A DNA stretch of 58,968 nt from an uncultured Bacilli bacterium (GCA_944331935.1 CALVIV010000003.1:1-58968); one strand, 5' to 3'; positions 46,457 through 57,177 are shown, numbered from the stretch's first letter. Notes: generated from the sequence alone by a model not told the origin. Numbers and translations are program-made.

Positions 46457-46876
46457 ATGAAAGATAAAAATATAGATATTAATATTGGTAAGGAAATGTT
46501 TAATAAAGCTTTAGATTTTTTGAATTATAGATATGGTGAAAATAAAGCAGGTGGTGTAGCAGTATTAAGGATAGAAACAGGCGATTATTTAATTTCTGTT
46601 TGGGATGAAGAGAAAAATGATAGTGCTTATCTATGTGCTGAAACTGGAGCAATATGTGAAGCTCATAAATTGAATAAGAAAGTTACACATTCTTTATGTG
46701 TTTGTAGGCAAAAAGATGATACACCTTATGAAATATTATCTCCATGCGGAATATGCCAAGAAAGATTATTTTACTTTGGCAAAGGTGTAAAGTGTGCTAT
46801 TTCTACAAAAGATAACAGTGTTGTATTTAAAACTTTAGAAGAATTACAACCTTATTATTGGTTAGACAAAAAGTAA
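46457..46876 (+). CDS. cytidine/blasticidin-S deaminase-like zinc deaminase
   Basis: Seen: the zinc-ligand motifs CAETGAICEA and SPCGICQE are present. I prefer the ATG at 46457. Confidence 0.7.
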   Translation: MKDKNIDINIGKEMFNKALDFLNYRYGENKAGGVAVLRIETGDYLISVWDEEKNDSAYLCAETGAICEAHKLNKKVTHSLCVCRQKDDTPYEILSPCGICQERLFYFGKGVKCAISTKDNSVVFKTLEELQPYYWLDKK

Positions 46877-46897
46877 GAAAAATGTGAGGAATAAAAT

Positions 46898-47371
46898 ATG
46901 AATGTAAATAACAAAGAATTTTTAGAGTTTTTAGTGAAAGCTAAGAAGAGTACTTATGCTAATAGTGATGCCCCTAAAGTCTTATCTAGCAGATTAAAGT
47001 CAAAAGATTATGAGTTTACAGATGGCAATTTTACTTATCATGATACTTATTTTGGTGGAGTTAAATTTATGGGCGAAGAAGTAGTTTATTATAATGATAA
47101 TATTCTTTGGGGTATGAATTATTATGGAGTTACAATAGATGATAGTTTAACTGAAGAAGTGATGGATAAAGTCTTAAGAGTCGCTCTTATGAAAGTAGGA
47201 GAAGATAAGGAAGTTATTCCTGTTAGAGGACCTAAAGAGTTTGTAAATGAAGATTATCTTTATACTTTTAACGTAGATGGAGATATGGAAAACTTTGTAG
47301 GTACTGAACAAATATATAAAGATAAAAAGCTAATATATGAATTAAAATGTCATGGAGGAATTATAAAGTGA
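46898..47371 (+). CDS. hypothetical protein
   Basis: Seen: a GAGGAA RBS precedes a 157-aa product. I am confident of no motif. Confidence 0.45.
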   Translation: MNVNNKEFLEFLVKAKKSTYANSDAPKVLSSRLKSKDYEFTDGNFTYHDTYFGGVKFMGEEVVYYNDNILWGMNYYGVTIDDSLTEEVMDKVLRVALMKVGEDKEVIPVRGPKEFVNEDYLYTFNVDGDMENFVGTEQIYKDKKLIYELKCHGGIIK

Positions 47372-47775
47372 AAGTATTAAGTTTAACTGAACCATATGCA
47401 ACTTTAATAAAATTAGGTAAAAAGAAAATAGAGACAAGAAGCTTTAAAACTAATTATAGGGGAGAGTTATATATTCATGCTAGTTCTACTAAGATACCTA
47501 AAGAGTGGAAGAATAATAAAGAGTTGATGAGCCTTGTTAATGTTAATGAGTTGAATTTTGGATTAATCATTTGTAAATGTAAATTAGTAGACTGTGTCTA
47601 TATGGATGAAGAGTTTTTAGATAAAATAAAGAAAGATAAGCTAGAGTTTATCTGTGGTGATTATAGACTTGGAAGATATGCTTGGATATTAGAAGATATT
47701 GAAGTATTAGATAAACCTATATTTGCTAAAGGAAAGTTAGGTATTTGGAATTATGAAGAAGATACTAATAAGTGA
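47368..47775 (+). CDS. ASCH domain protein
   Basis: Seen: LIKLGKKKIETRSF...GELYIHAS is present. I prefer the GTG at 47368, after a GGAGGA RBS. Confidence 0.65.
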   Translation: MKVLSLTEPYATLIKLGKKKIETRSFKTNYRGELYIHASSTKIPKEWKNNKELMSLVNVNELNFGLIICKCKLVDCVYMDEEFLDKIKKDKLEFICGDYRLGRYAWILEDIEVLDKPIFAKGKLGIWNYEEDTNK

Positions 47776-48460
47776 TTATGATGGAACATTTTATCAAAAT
47801 TATATAGATATTAAGAAAAATATAGATAAAGTAAATGAATTTAGAACTTTAGATAATCTTTTTGTACTTGCTACAGGGAGAAGTTATGTTGATTTAAAAC
47901 AAAAGATAGATAAATATGAGATACCTTATGATTATTTAATATTAAATCATGGAGCTTTACTATTATCTAAAGACTTAGAGATTATTAAAGTATTTACTTT
48001 GGATAAAGAGTTAGTTGATAGTATTTTAGAGTATGTAAGTGATAATAAAGATATATGCGATGTAATATTAATTAGTACATTTGATAAAAATGTAACAGAT
48101 ACTTCTAATATAGTTAAAATAATGTTAAAACTGTGTAGTTATGATAAAGCTTTAAAAGTTAAAAATTATATAGATGATAGATATACTAATATAAGAGGTT
48201 ATCTTGTAAGAGATGAAGAACATTATTTAGTAGAGATTGTTTCAAGTGAAGCTAGCAAGTCTTTGATGATAGATAAGATATTAGATAAAGAAAAAATAAT
48301 AAAGAAAAATGTCTATACTATTGGTGATGGTATTAATGATATAGATATGATTAGAGATTATAATGGCTATAGAGTTAGGAATTCTTGTAAAGAATTAGTT
48401 TCTGTTACTGATAGAGTTATTGATAATGTTAGTGATTTAATTAGTAGGATATCTAATTGA
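47753..48460 (+). CDS. HAD-IIB (Cof-type) phosphatase
   Basis: Seen: LISDYDGTF, ATGRS and GDGINDIDM are present. Confidence 0.75.
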   Translation: MKKILISDYDGTFYQNYIDIKKNIDKVNEFRTLDNLFVLATGRSYVDLKQKIDKYEIPYDYLILNHGALLLSKDLEIIKVFTLDKELVDSILEYVSDNKDICDVILISTFDKNVTDTSNIVKIMLKLCSYDKALKVKNYIDDRYTNIRGYLVRDEEHYLVEIVSSEASKSLMIDKILDKEKIIKKNVYTIGDGINDIDMIRDYNGYRVRNSCKELVSVTDRVIDNVSDLISRISN

Positions 48461-48515
48461 TTTAGAATGTGTTTATTTCTTATATAAAATATGTTAAAAT
48501 ATATAGCGAGGGGCG

Positions 48516-49670
48516 ATGTCTATGGAAGAACATGTTATAGATATGAATGAGAAAAATACTCTAGCGATGAAGCTTCTTCATTACTTTATTACAGAAAAAG
48601 GTTATACTCCTATAATATTACAAGGAGCTGAAGATGAGATTTGGCTTGAAAACCTAGATGAAGATTATAAAGTTGTTAGATTAGTAATGAGATATATTCA
48701 TAATGATGAACAATATAAATTTGATATATTTAAGACTAATAGAATCTTAAGAAAAATAAAGAAAAAGACTTTATCATTTAAATTAAATACTCTTAGTATT
48801 TTCTTAGATTTAGGAGGAGCGGTTAATTTAGATGATTTTAAGACTGATAATATAACAGCGGTGGAAGTACATGAAGATGCGGATGTTAAGAAGAATAAAT
48901 TATTAAAGTCTATTTTTCCTGATTTATCTCGTAAACTTAAATTTAGTGAAGAGGGAATAGATTTATTTATTAAAGTAACAAATGATATTAATAAACACAA
49001 TCAAAAGGACCAAGAAAGGGTTGCTGATGTTTTTGCACCTAAGAAACCTGTAGTAACTTATGCTTTAATTATAATTAATATATTAGTGTTCTTTATTCCT
49101 ATGCTTTTAGGTAATTCTGATATAGCAATGGCATATTTAGGTAGTTATGGACCATTTGTTAAGATGGGAGAGTATTATAGATTAATAACAGCAGCTTTCG
49201 TACATGCTAATATTGCCCATTTACTATTCAATATGTATGCTTTATGGATTATAGGAATGCAGCTAGAAAGCTTTATTGGTAAATGGAGATTCTTAGTAGT
49301 TTATCTATTTAGTGCTATCTGTGGTTCTTTGTTATCAGTAGTAGTAACACCTGATGCTTTAAGTGTAGGAGCTAGTGGAGCGATATTTGGTTTACTTGGA
49401 GCTTTACTTTACTTTGGATATCATTATCGCATCTATTTAGGTACAGTTATTAAGAGCCAAATTATCCCATTAATAGTTATTAACTTATTACTTGGCTTTA
49501 TGGTACCAGGTATTGATAATGCCGCTCATATAGGAGGATTACTTGGAGGATTTTCAATGATGATTGGTGTTGGTGTTAAATATAAGAGTAGTAACTTTGA
49601 AAAAGTTAATGGACTTATTGTTAGTTTAATATTCTTTGGTTTCTTAGTATATATGGCTTTATTTGCATAA
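48516..49670 (+). CDS. rhomboid-family intramembrane serine protease
   Basis: Seen: a cytoplasmic N-terminal domain is followed by the TM core, with HANIAHLLFNM, GASGAIFGLLGA and AHIGGLLGG. Confidence 0.85.
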   Translation: MSMEEHVIDMNEKNTLAMKLLHYFITEKGYTPIILQGAEDEIWLENLDEDYKVVRLVMRYIHNDEQYKFDIFKTNRILRKIKKKTLSFKLNTLSIFLDLGGAVNLDDFKTDNITAVEVHEDADVKKNKLLKSIFPDLSRKLKFSEEGIDLFIKVTNDINKHNQKDQERVADVFAPKKPVVTYALIIINILVFFIPMLLGNSDIAMAYLGSYGPFVKMGEYYRLITAAFVHANIAHLLFNMYALWIIGMQLESFIGKWRFLVVYLFSAICGSLLSVVVTPDALSVGASGAIFGLLGALLYFGYHYRIYLGTVIKSQIIPLIVINLLLGFMVPGIDNAAHIGGLLGGFSMMIGVGVKYKSSNFEKVNGLIVSLIFFGFLVYMALFA

Positions 49671-49727
49671 GCCTTTTTCTTTAATTGCTTTTACGAACAA
49701 AGTTTTAACAGGAGAGGAAGTGATAAC

Positions 49728-51884
49728 TTGGTAGTAGGTGTATTAGTAGAGATAACTAGTAAAAGTGTAGATAGAATCTTTGACTATAGTGTTCCTAAAA
49801 GTTTAGAACCTTTAATAGAAGTAGGTAAAAGAGTAAAGGTTCCTTTTGGTAATAGAACTTTAGTAGGATTTATTTTAGAAAAAGATAAAAAAAGTGATGT
49901 AGATAACTTAAAAGAAATAGAAGAAGTTTTAGATGAAGAAGTAATACTTACGGAAGAGTTATTAGAACTTGGTAAATATTTAAAAGAGACAACTTTAGCA
50001 TCTTTAATTAGTTGTTATCAAGTTATGCTTCCTAAAGGATTTAAAGCTAGTATTAAGGGAAAGGTTAATAAGAAATATCAAAAAGTTTATTATTTAAATG
50101 CTTATGATAAGAAGTTAACAGATAAACAACAAGAGGTTGTAGAGAAGTTTAATGGTAAAGAGAAGTTAAGTAGAGAAGAGTTAAAAGATGTCTCTATATC
50201 TATTCTTAATACCTTAGTTAAAAACAATATTTTAAGAGTAGAAGAGGAAGAAGTTTATAGATTAGATTATGAGAAAAGTGAAAGAAAAGTAAGAAAGTTA
50301 ACTACTTTGCAGGAAGAGGCAGTTAATAATATTTTAAATACTAAAAACACAGTATCTTTATTATATGGTGTTACTGGTAGTGGTAAGACAGAAGTATATA
50401 TGGAGTTAATTGATAAGTATTTAAAGCAAGGCTTAAAAAGTATTGTTTTAGTACCAGAAATATCCCTAACTCCTCAGTTAATTAAACGCTTTGAAGAAAG
50501 ATTTGGAAGTAATATAGCCCTTTTACATAGTGCCTTATCAGATGGTGAGAAGTATGATGAATATAGAAGAATTGTAAAAGGTGAAGTAGATATTGTAATA
50601 GGTGCTAGAAGTGCTGTCTTTGCTCCTTTAAAAAATCTTGGACTTATTATTATAGATGAGTGTCATAGTGATTCTTATAAACAAGATAATAATCCTAGAT
50701 ATAATGCTAAAGATGTGGCGATTAAAAGAGCGAAAGATTTAGGAGCTAAAGTAGTACTTGGTAGTGCCACACCTATGTTAGAAGAGTATGCTAGAGGACT
50801 AAAAAATGTCTTTAATCTAGTAACATTAGAAAAAAGAGTCAATGGTAAAGAGTTACCTAAAGTAGAGTTAATTGATATGAATAAAGAAGTAGGTAAAGCT
50901 AAGGGACATTTTTCTTTGCCTTTAATAGATGAAATTAATAAGACTATCGAAAAAGGGGAACAAGTAATACTTTTATTAAATCGAAGAGGCTATTCTTCAT
51001 TTGTTACTTGTTCTAATTGTGGCGAGTCTGTTAAATGTCCTAACTGTGATATAACTTTAACATATCATAAGAGTAGTAATATTTTAAGGTGCCACTACTG
51101 TGGTTATGCAACTAAGTATGAAGTTACTTGCCCTAAGTGTCATGAGAAGTCACTAAAAGATTTAGGTGTTGGAACAGAAAAGGTAGAAGAAGAGATAAAA
51201 AGTATTTTCCCTAAGGCAAGAGTCCTTAGAATGGATGTTGATACTACTAGTAGGAAAGGGGCTCATAAAAAAATAGTTGATGTTTTTGCAAGAGGGGAAG
51301 CAGATATCTTACTAGGTACTCAGATGGTTGCTAAAGGCCTTGATTTTCCTAATGTTACTTTAGTAGGGGTAATAAATGCGGATACCTCACTTATGCTTCC
51401 TGACTTTAGAAGTAGTGAGAAAACATTTGATTTACTTAGTCAAGTAGCAGGAAGAGCTGGTAGAAGTAATAAATCTGGTAAAGTTATATTCCAGACCTTC
51501 AATGAAGATAATTATGCTATTAAGTGTGCTAAGGAGAATGATTATAAGTCTTTTTATAAAGAAGAGATGAAAGTAAGAAAATTAATGAAATATCCCCCTT
51601 ACTATTATCTTGTATCTTTAAACATCTCTAGTAAAGATAGTAAACAAGCTTTAATAGAAGCGAAAAAGTGCGAGAAAGTTTGTCAAAAGTATTTAGATAA
51701 AACTATTATTTTAGGACCTAGTCCTGCCTCTATCTTTAAAAAGCAGAACATTTATTACTATCAATTAATATTAAAATATCAGTATCAAGATAATATTCAC
51801 GAAGTCTTAGAAAAACTAGTAGATTATTATGCTACGATAAATAAAGTTAACTTAGATGTTGACTTTAATCCAATACATTTGTAA
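49728..51884 (+). CDS. priA: primosomal protein N' (replication restart helicase)
   Basis: Seen: GVTGSGKTEVY, IIIDECH and the Cys-rich zinc insertion CSNCGESVKCPNCDITLTYH...CHYCG...CPKCH are present. The start is TTG. Confidence 0.9.
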   Translation: MVVGVLVEITSKSVDRIFDYSVPKSLEPLIEVGKRVKVPFGNRTLVGFILEKDKKSDVDNLKEIEEVLDEEVILTEELLELGKYLKETTLASLISCYQVMLPKGFKASIKGKVNKKYQKVYYLNAYDKKLTDKQQEVVEKFNGKEKLSREELKDVSISILNTLVKNNILRVEEEEVYRLDYEKSERKVRKLTTLQEEAVNNILNTKNTVSLLYGVTGSGKTEVYMELIDKYLKQGLKSIVLVPEISLTPQLIKRFEERFGSNIALLHSALSDGEKYDEYRRIVKGEVDIVIGARSAVFAPLKNLGLIIIDECHSDSYKQDNNPRYNAKDVAIKRAKDLGAKVVLGSATPMLEEYARGLKNVFNLVTLEKRVNGKELPKVELIDMNKEVGKAKGHFSLPLIDEINKTIEKGEQVILLLNRRGYSSFVTCSNCGESVKCPNCDITLTYHKSSNILRCHYCGYATKYEVTCPKCHEKSLKDLGVGTEKVEEEIKSIFPKARVLRMDVDTTSRKGAHKKIVDVFARGEADILLGTQMVAKGLDFPNVTLVGVINADTSLMLPDFRSSEKTFDLLSQVAGRAGRSNKSGKVIFQTFNEDNYAIKCAKENDYKSFYKEEMKVRKLMKYPPYYYLVSLNISSKDSKQALIEAKKCEKVCQKYLDKTIILGPSPASIFKKQNIYYYQLILKYQYQDNIHEVLEKLVDYYATINKVNLDVDFNPIHL

Positions 51885-51895
51885 AATAAAAAAAT

Positions 51896-53017
51896 ATGAA
51901 AGAAGGAATTGTCATGATAAAATTACCTAAAGAAATAAAAAGTATTAAGGTTAGTAGAGTACTTCCCCAAGAAGAAATAGTAAAGTATAGTTATGTTGTA
52001 AACGAAGGTAAAGATGATAAACTTTGTATACCTATTGTGTTACCATATTATTATGGTGTATATCTTAGACATCCAGCGTCTATTGATATTATTGATGATA
52101 GTAGAGACTTTGTTAATGGGTATAAAGTAGTTCAAACAGATAATGAAGAATATGCTTATGTAAGAGAAGAAGACAATAAACTATTACCATATAGATATGA
52201 TATTGCCACTGACTTTAATAAATATGGTTATGCTATGGTCGGTAAAAATGCTAGGGTTTCTTGGATAGATAAGAATTTTAGATATTTTAATGAAGAAGAA
52301 GAAAAGTTTACAGAAGAACAGGAAATAGGATATAACACATTTAATGGTTTCTTAGGTGTTAGTGATTTTAGTAAAGGAGAGAATCCTTTATCTAGAATGT
52401 ATCGCCGTGGATATAATAATACAGTTAGTTATCTTGGAACTAATGGTAAAATTAAAGAATTTTCTAAATATGATGGAGAAATAATTAGAGATGATGAATC
52501 TAATAAATACTTCTCTTATTATAGTGAAGATTTTAATGATAAGGGCTATGCTAAAGCTAATAACGATGAGATTATTCTATTATCTAGTGGCTACTCTTTA
52601 TCTACTAAAGATTTAACAAAAATTTGTGAAGAAAAAGGCTTTTTAGAAACTTTAAGTAGTAGAATAGCAAAACAAGAACAAGAATATTATAAATTCTTAA
52701 AAGATGTAAAAGAAAAAACTACAACTATTGCAGATGATTTATCTAAACGTAATAATTTAATTGCAGAATTTGGTATAGGTAGTATAGAACTTAAGAAAGA
52801 AAAATTAATTTCTAGTTATGGTAAAGATGTTTATTTAAGAGCATTAACTAATAATTCTTTAGTATGCTTAATTGTTAGAGAAGAAATGCCTGCAGAAATA
52901 GTAGATTTAGAATTATTTCAAAGTGCTCTTGCTAGAAGAGGGATATCTTCATATATAGATGATGAAGATAATGTTTTCTATTATAATACTCATAAACATG
53001 TAAAAGTTAAAAGGTAA
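51896..53017 (+). CDS. hypothetical protein (possible WG-repeat-like segments)
   Basis: Seen: 373 aa. YDIATDFNKYGYAMVGKNARVSWIDKNF loosely resembles WG/KWG repeats, but the call is weak. Confidence 0.35.
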   Translation: MKEGIVMIKLPKEIKSIKVSRVLPQEEIVKYSYVVNEGKDDKLCIPIVLPYYYGVYLRHPASIDIIDDSRDFVNGYKVVQTDNEEYAYVREEDNKLLPYRYDIATDFNKYGYAMVGKNARVSWIDKNFRYFNEEEEKFTEEQEIGYNTFNGFLGVSDFSKGENPLSRMYRRGYNNTVSYLGTNGKIKEFSKYDGEIIRDDESNKYFSYYSEDFNDKGYAKANNDEIILLSSGYSLSTKDLTKICEEKGFLETLSSRIAKQEQEYYKFLKDVKEKTTTIADDLSKRNNLIAEFGIGSIELKKEKLISSYGKDVYLRALTNNSLVCLIVREEMPAEIVDLELFQSALARRGISSYIDDEDNVFYYNTHKHVKVKR

Positions 53018-53172
53018 GGCATAAGTTAGATGCTTGCATAAGCATAACATTTATGATATCATGAATATGCAATTTAAATTTACATAAACTAGTACACTTT
53101 TCTCAAAATTAGATTAGAGGTGGCTATTTATATTTTAATTGCAAGTATTAATAAAGCAAGACTAATTAGAAT

Positions 53173-53204
53173 AAAATGGAGTTATCTTTTAACTCCATTT
53201 TTTC
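53173..53204 (+). terminator. orphan rho-independent terminator in the intergenic region upstream of sigK
   Basis: Seen: the perfect 12-bp stem AAAATGGAGTTA/TAACTCCATTTT is followed by further T residues. Confidence 0.7.
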
Positions 53205-53356
53205 TAAAGAAGTTCACTTGTATCAATATATAGTATCATACTATAGCCTATATAACAAACGAGTAAGAGACAATTTTAATTGATAATTTATGGTAATAAA
53301 GGACTTAGATATTCTAACTCCTTTTTTTTGACATATTATTTATTAGGTGATAATTT

Positions 53357-54067
53357 ATGTTGTTTAATTTATTTGATAGTCTAAGAGGTTTCTTTACTTT
53401 TACAGCAAGTTATTCTAATCAAGTATTTAAAGAACCACTATCAAAAGAAGAGGAAGAAGAATGTATTAAAAAAATGGGTGAAGGAGATAAGGAAGCTCGT
53501 AATAGTTTAATAGAACATAATCTTAGATTAGTCGCTCATATCGTTAAGAAGTTTGATTATAAAAATATTGACCAAGATGACCTTATTAGTGTTGGTACAA
53601 TTGGTCTTATTAAAGGGGTAGATACCTTTGTTCCTAATAAAGGTAATCGTTTAACTACATACTGTGCTAAATGTATTCAAAACGAAATACTAATGTACTT
53701 TCGTGCTAATAACAAAAATAATAAAAATATTTCCTTAAATGAACCCGTTGGTTTTGATAAAGAAGGTAATGAGATATCAATACTTGATGTTATAAAAGCC
53801 CCAAGACCTGACTTTATCGAAGAGATTAATTTAAAAGATAATGTTAAATTACTTAACTCTTATTTAAAAGTCTTAAGTAAAAGAGAACGAGAGATTATTG
53901 TTAAAAGATATGGACTAGAAGGAAATGATTTATGGACACAAAAACAAATTGCCGATAAATTAAATATCTCTAGAAGTTATGTATCTCGAATTGAAAAAAG
54001 AGCCTTAACTAAGATACTTAGAGAGTTTATTAAGAATAATAAGTATAATGATGTAGATTTCAGCTAA
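53357..54067 (+). CDS. sigK: sporulation sigma factor K, with N-terminal pro-sequence
   Basis: Seen: ...ASYSNQVFKEPLSKEEE... precedes LIEHNLRLVAHIVKKF and SVGTIGLIKGVDTF. Known: these match B. subtilis pro-sigma-K more closely than SigE, as I recall the sequences. Confidence 0.8.
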   Translation: MLFNLFDSLRGFFTFTASYSNQVFKEPLSKEEEEECIKKMGEGDKEARNSLIEHNLRLVAHIVKKFDYKNIDQDDLISVGTIGLIKGVDTFVPNKGNRLTTYCAKCIQNEILMYFRANNKNNKNISLNEPVGFDKEGNEISILDVIKAPRPDFIEEINLKDNVKLLNSYLKVLSKREREIIVKRYGLEGNDLWTQKQIADKLNISRSYVSRIEKRALTKILREFIKNNKYNDVDFS

Positions 54068-54111
54068 AAATATTAGTGTATTGTGTTATACTAATATCAG
54101 GAGCTGAGATT

Positions 54112-55521
54112 ATGAAAAGTAAGAAAATAAAGAAAAGAAGAGTATCAAAAAGTGAATATTTTATTAATATTAGTGTTACTTTAGTACTTGTTCTTTTTGG
54201 TGTTTTCTTTTTATTTGTTCCTAAAGTATCGTTGAATGCTCCTTTAAAAGAAATAGTTAATATTAATTCTCATTATACTGATAAAGGGATAACGATAAGC
54301 GATTTATTAGGAAATAAAACGATTGTAAAACCTCTTGATGATATTAATACTAATAAAGATAGAGAATATAATATAAATTATACTTATAAAGATAATATTT
54401 TTACTTATCATATACCTAAAGAAGTAGTTGTTAAAGATATAGAAAAACCTAAGATTAAATTAAATGGTAACAAAAGAGAATATTACTGTCCTAATGGGGA
54501 GTATAAAGAACTTGGATATACCGCTTATGATAATGTAGATAAAGATATTACTGATAAAGTTAAAGTAGAGAGATTAAAAGATAAAATCATTTATAGAGTA
54601 ATAGACAGTAGTGGTAATAAGAGTGAAGTTGTAAGAAAAATTATTGCCAAAGATGTAGAGAAACCTATTATTACCTTAAATGGAGATAGTAGTATCTTTT
54701 TGAACTTAAATGAGAATTATCAAGAAGAAGGAGCAGTTATTACTGATAATTGTGATGGCGATTTATCTAGTAAAGTAGAGATTACTAATAATATAGATAC
54801 TACTAAAGTAGGAGATTATAGAGTGATTTATAAAGTTAAAGATAATAGTAATAACAAGAGTAAACTTATAAGAGATGTTAGAGTAAGAGAGAGTTTATTG
54901 CCTAATACTATCTACCTTACTTTTGATGATGGACCAAGAGATGGTACTACTGATGTAATTTTAGATATCTTAAAAGAAAAAGGTGTTAAAGCGACATTCT
55001 TTGTTACTATGAATGGAAGTGATTCTTTAATTAAGAGAATTGTAGATGAAGGACATTCTATTGGTATACATACCGCTAGTCATAGATATGACCTTATCTA
55101 TGCATCAGTTGATAATTACTTTAATGATTTAGAGCAAGTTAGAGATAGAATCTATAATATAACAGGAGTTGATACTAAATTAATTAGATTCCCAGGTGGT
55201 TCTAGTAATACTATTTCTAAAAAATATAAAGAAGGAATAATGACTACTTTAGTTAATGATACCTTAAATAAAGGTTATCAATACTATGATTGGAATATAG
55301 ATAGTGGAGATGCTTCTTTTGCAAATAATCCTACTAAACTATATAATAGTGTTATTAATAGCTTATCTCATGATAAATATAATGTTATCTTAATGCATGA
55401 TACTAAGACTTATACAAGAGATGCTTTAAGTAAGATAATTGATTATTGTTTAAGTAATGGTTATAGCTTTGAATCAATAAACATTAATACTATGCCTGTA
55501 AGACAGAGACTAAATAACTAG
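54112..55521 (+). CDS. polysaccharide deacetylase (NodB family) with N-terminal TM and Ig-like (DUF5011-type) repeats
   Basis: Seen: two repeats of DVEKPxIxLNG...DNCDGDL type precede the NodB motifs LTFDDGP and GIHTASH. I prefer the ATG at 54112. Confidence 0.8.
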   Translation: MKSKKIKKRRVSKSEYFINISVTLVLVLFGVFFLFVPKVSLNAPLKEIVNINSHYTDKGITISDLLGNKTIVKPLDDINTNKDREYNINYTYKDNIFTYHIPKEVVVKDIEKPKIKLNGNKREYYCPNGEYKELGYTAYDNVDKDITDKVKVERLKDKIIYRVIDSSGNKSEVVRKIIAKDVEKPIITLNGDSSIFLNLNENYQEEGAVITDNCDGDLSSKVEITNNIDTTKVGDYRVIYKVKDNSNNKSKLIRDVRVRESLLPNTIYLTFDDGPRDGTTDVILDILKEKGVKATFFVTMNGSDSLIKRIVDEGHSIGIHTASHRYDLIYASVDNYFNDLEQVRDRIYNITGVDTKLIRFPGGSSNTISKKYKEGIMTTLVNDTLNKGYQYYDWNIDSGDASFANNPTKLYNSVINSLSHDKYNVILMHDTKTYTRDALSKIIDYCLSNGYSFESININTMPVRQRLNN

Positions 55522-55577
55522 CTTTACTAGCATTAAATGTAATTTTGGTATATACTAAATATATGAGGAGTATGACT

Positions 55578-56093
55578 ATGAAATATTTACCAGATATTTA
55601 TAAGAAAAATATCTTTGACATTAATTATGATAAGTTAAAGAAAAAAGATATTAAATGTTTAATCTTTGATTTAGATAATACACTAGCTTTCATCGACTCT
55701 ACTAAAGTAGAAGATAAAGTTAAAGAGTTAATTACTAAATTAAAGAAAGACTTTTTAGTAATTATAGTTTCTAATAGTCCTAAAAAAAGGGTATCTACCT
55801 TTGGTGAAGACTTAGGAGTAGATTACTATCCCTTTGCTTTAAAACCTACTGTTAGGACACTTAAGAAAATTAAATCTAAATATAATTTAGAGTCTAAATC
55901 TATCGCTATCATAGGGGATCAATTTATGACAGATATGGGTTATGGTTATAAAGGTCATATTACTAAGATATTTGTAGACCCTTTAGCAGTTAAAGATTTA
56001 AAGATTACTAATATTAATAGATATTTAGAAGAGAAGATTATGAATAAATATAGTAAGAATAATCTTTTCAAGAAAGGAAAGTATTATGAATAG
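55578..56093 (+). CDS. yqeG: YqeG-family HAD-IIIA phosphatase
   Basis: Seen: LIFDLDNTLA, VSNS and GDQFMTD are present. The gene sits directly upstream of yqeH, as in Bacillus. I prefer the ATG at 55578. Confidence 0.8.
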   Translation: MKYLPDIYKKNIFDINYDKLKKKDIKCLIFDLDNTLAFIDSTKVEDKVKELITKLKKDFLVIIVSNSPKKRVSTFGEDLGVDYYPFALKPTVRTLKKIKSKYNLESKSIAIIGDQFMTDMGYGYKGHITKIFVDPLAVKDLKITNINRYLEEKIMNKYSKNNLFKKGKYYE

Positions 56094-57087
56094 TGAGAAG
56101 TATTGTCTTGGATGTGGAGTTAAACTTCAAGATGAGAATATCTTAGGGGAAGGCTATACTACTAGTTTAGATAAAGATTATTGTCAAAGATGTTTTAGAA
56201 TTAAAAACTATGGAGAGTATCAAATAGTTACTAAGAGTAATGATGAGTATATAGAGATACTTAAAAGTGTTGGAGAGACTAAAGATTTAGTTTTATATAT
56301 TGCAGATTTACTTAATATAGAAGAAGATATCAATAAGATTAGAGAGATTATTCCTAATAAGATGATATTAGTCTTAAATAAAAGAGATGTGCTACCTAAA
56401 TCAGTTAATGATGATAAACTAATAGATTATTTTAAAGATAATGATATCTTTGATAAAGTAGTAGTTATAAGTAGTGAGAAAAACTATAATATAGATTATT
56501 TATTAAAGCAGATAAAACTATATCAGACTACTAATAATGTCTATGTAGTAGGACATACTAATGCCGGAAAGAGTACTTTGATAAATAAATTATTAAGAAA
56601 CTATTCTACTAGTGATAGAGAACTTACGATATCACCACTTCCTTCTACTACCTTAAATACAGTGGAAATAGAGATAAATGAGTATTTAACATTAATAGAT
56701 ACTCCTGGGCTTGTAGATAGTAGTAGTATAGTTAATTATATTAGTGATGAAGAGTTTAAGAAGATAAGTCCTAAAAAAGAGATTAAACCTAAGACTTTTC
56801 AGTTAAGAAAAGGACAGAGTGTAATAGTAGATAACTTCTTTAGAATTGATTATGTAGAAGGAGAAAGAAATAGTTTTACTTTCTATATGTCTAATGATTT
56901 AAAGATTAGAAGAATATCTAGTAAGCACGAAGATTTAAAAGACTTACAGAAAAGAACATATGAAATGGGTTATGATGAAGATATATGTGTTAATGGGTTA
57001 GGCTTTATTAAGATGGTTAATAAAGGAACTGTTGATATATATTTAGATTCTAAAGTAAGTACTTATAAAAGAAGTAATTTAATATAA
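56086..57087 (+). CDS. yqeH: ribosome biogenesis GTPase YqeH
   Basis: Seen: the N-terminal zinc finger is CLGCGVKLQ...CQRCF. The G-motifs are circularly permuted (NKRD, GHTNAGKSTLIN, DTPG). Confidence 0.85.
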   Translation: MNSEKYCLGCGVKLQDENILGEGYTTSLDKDYCQRCFRIKNYGEYQIVTKSNDEYIEILKSVGETKDLVLYIADLLNIEEDINKIREIIPNKMILVLNKRDVLPKSVNDDKLIDYFKDNDIFDKVVVISSEKNYNIDYLLKQIKLYQTTNNVYVVGHTNAGKSTLINKLLRNYSTSDRELTISPLPSTTLNTVEIEINEYLTLIDTPGLVDSSSIVNYISDEEFKKISPKKEIKPKTFQLRKGQSVIVDNFFRIDYVEGERNSFTFYMSNDLKIRRISSKHEDLKDLQKRTYEMGYDEDICVNGLGFIKMVNKGTVDIYLDSKVSTYKRSNLI

Positions 57088-57114
57088 AGTATGTGTCAAG
57101 TAAGTAAAAAAATG

Positions 57115-57143
57115 TTGATTGTCTTAGTATACTATGATAATAT
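57115..57143 (+). promoter_or_regulatory. sigma-A-type promoter (TTGATT, 17-nt spacer, TGaTAATAT)
   Basis: Seen: the spacing is canonical and the promoter drives the mini-ORF that carries the G9 tract. Confidence 0.55.
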
Positions 57144-57177
57144 TAAGTTAACAAAGATAAGAGAGGAAGGTATAGTT

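Noticed and set aside
53357-54067. Possibility that sigK is interrupted by a skin-like element, given the large serine recombinases in the window.
   Set aside because: sigK is a single intact ORF here, from the pro-sequence through region 4. The recombinases sit about 28 kb away at the end of a conjugative element next to rbgA.
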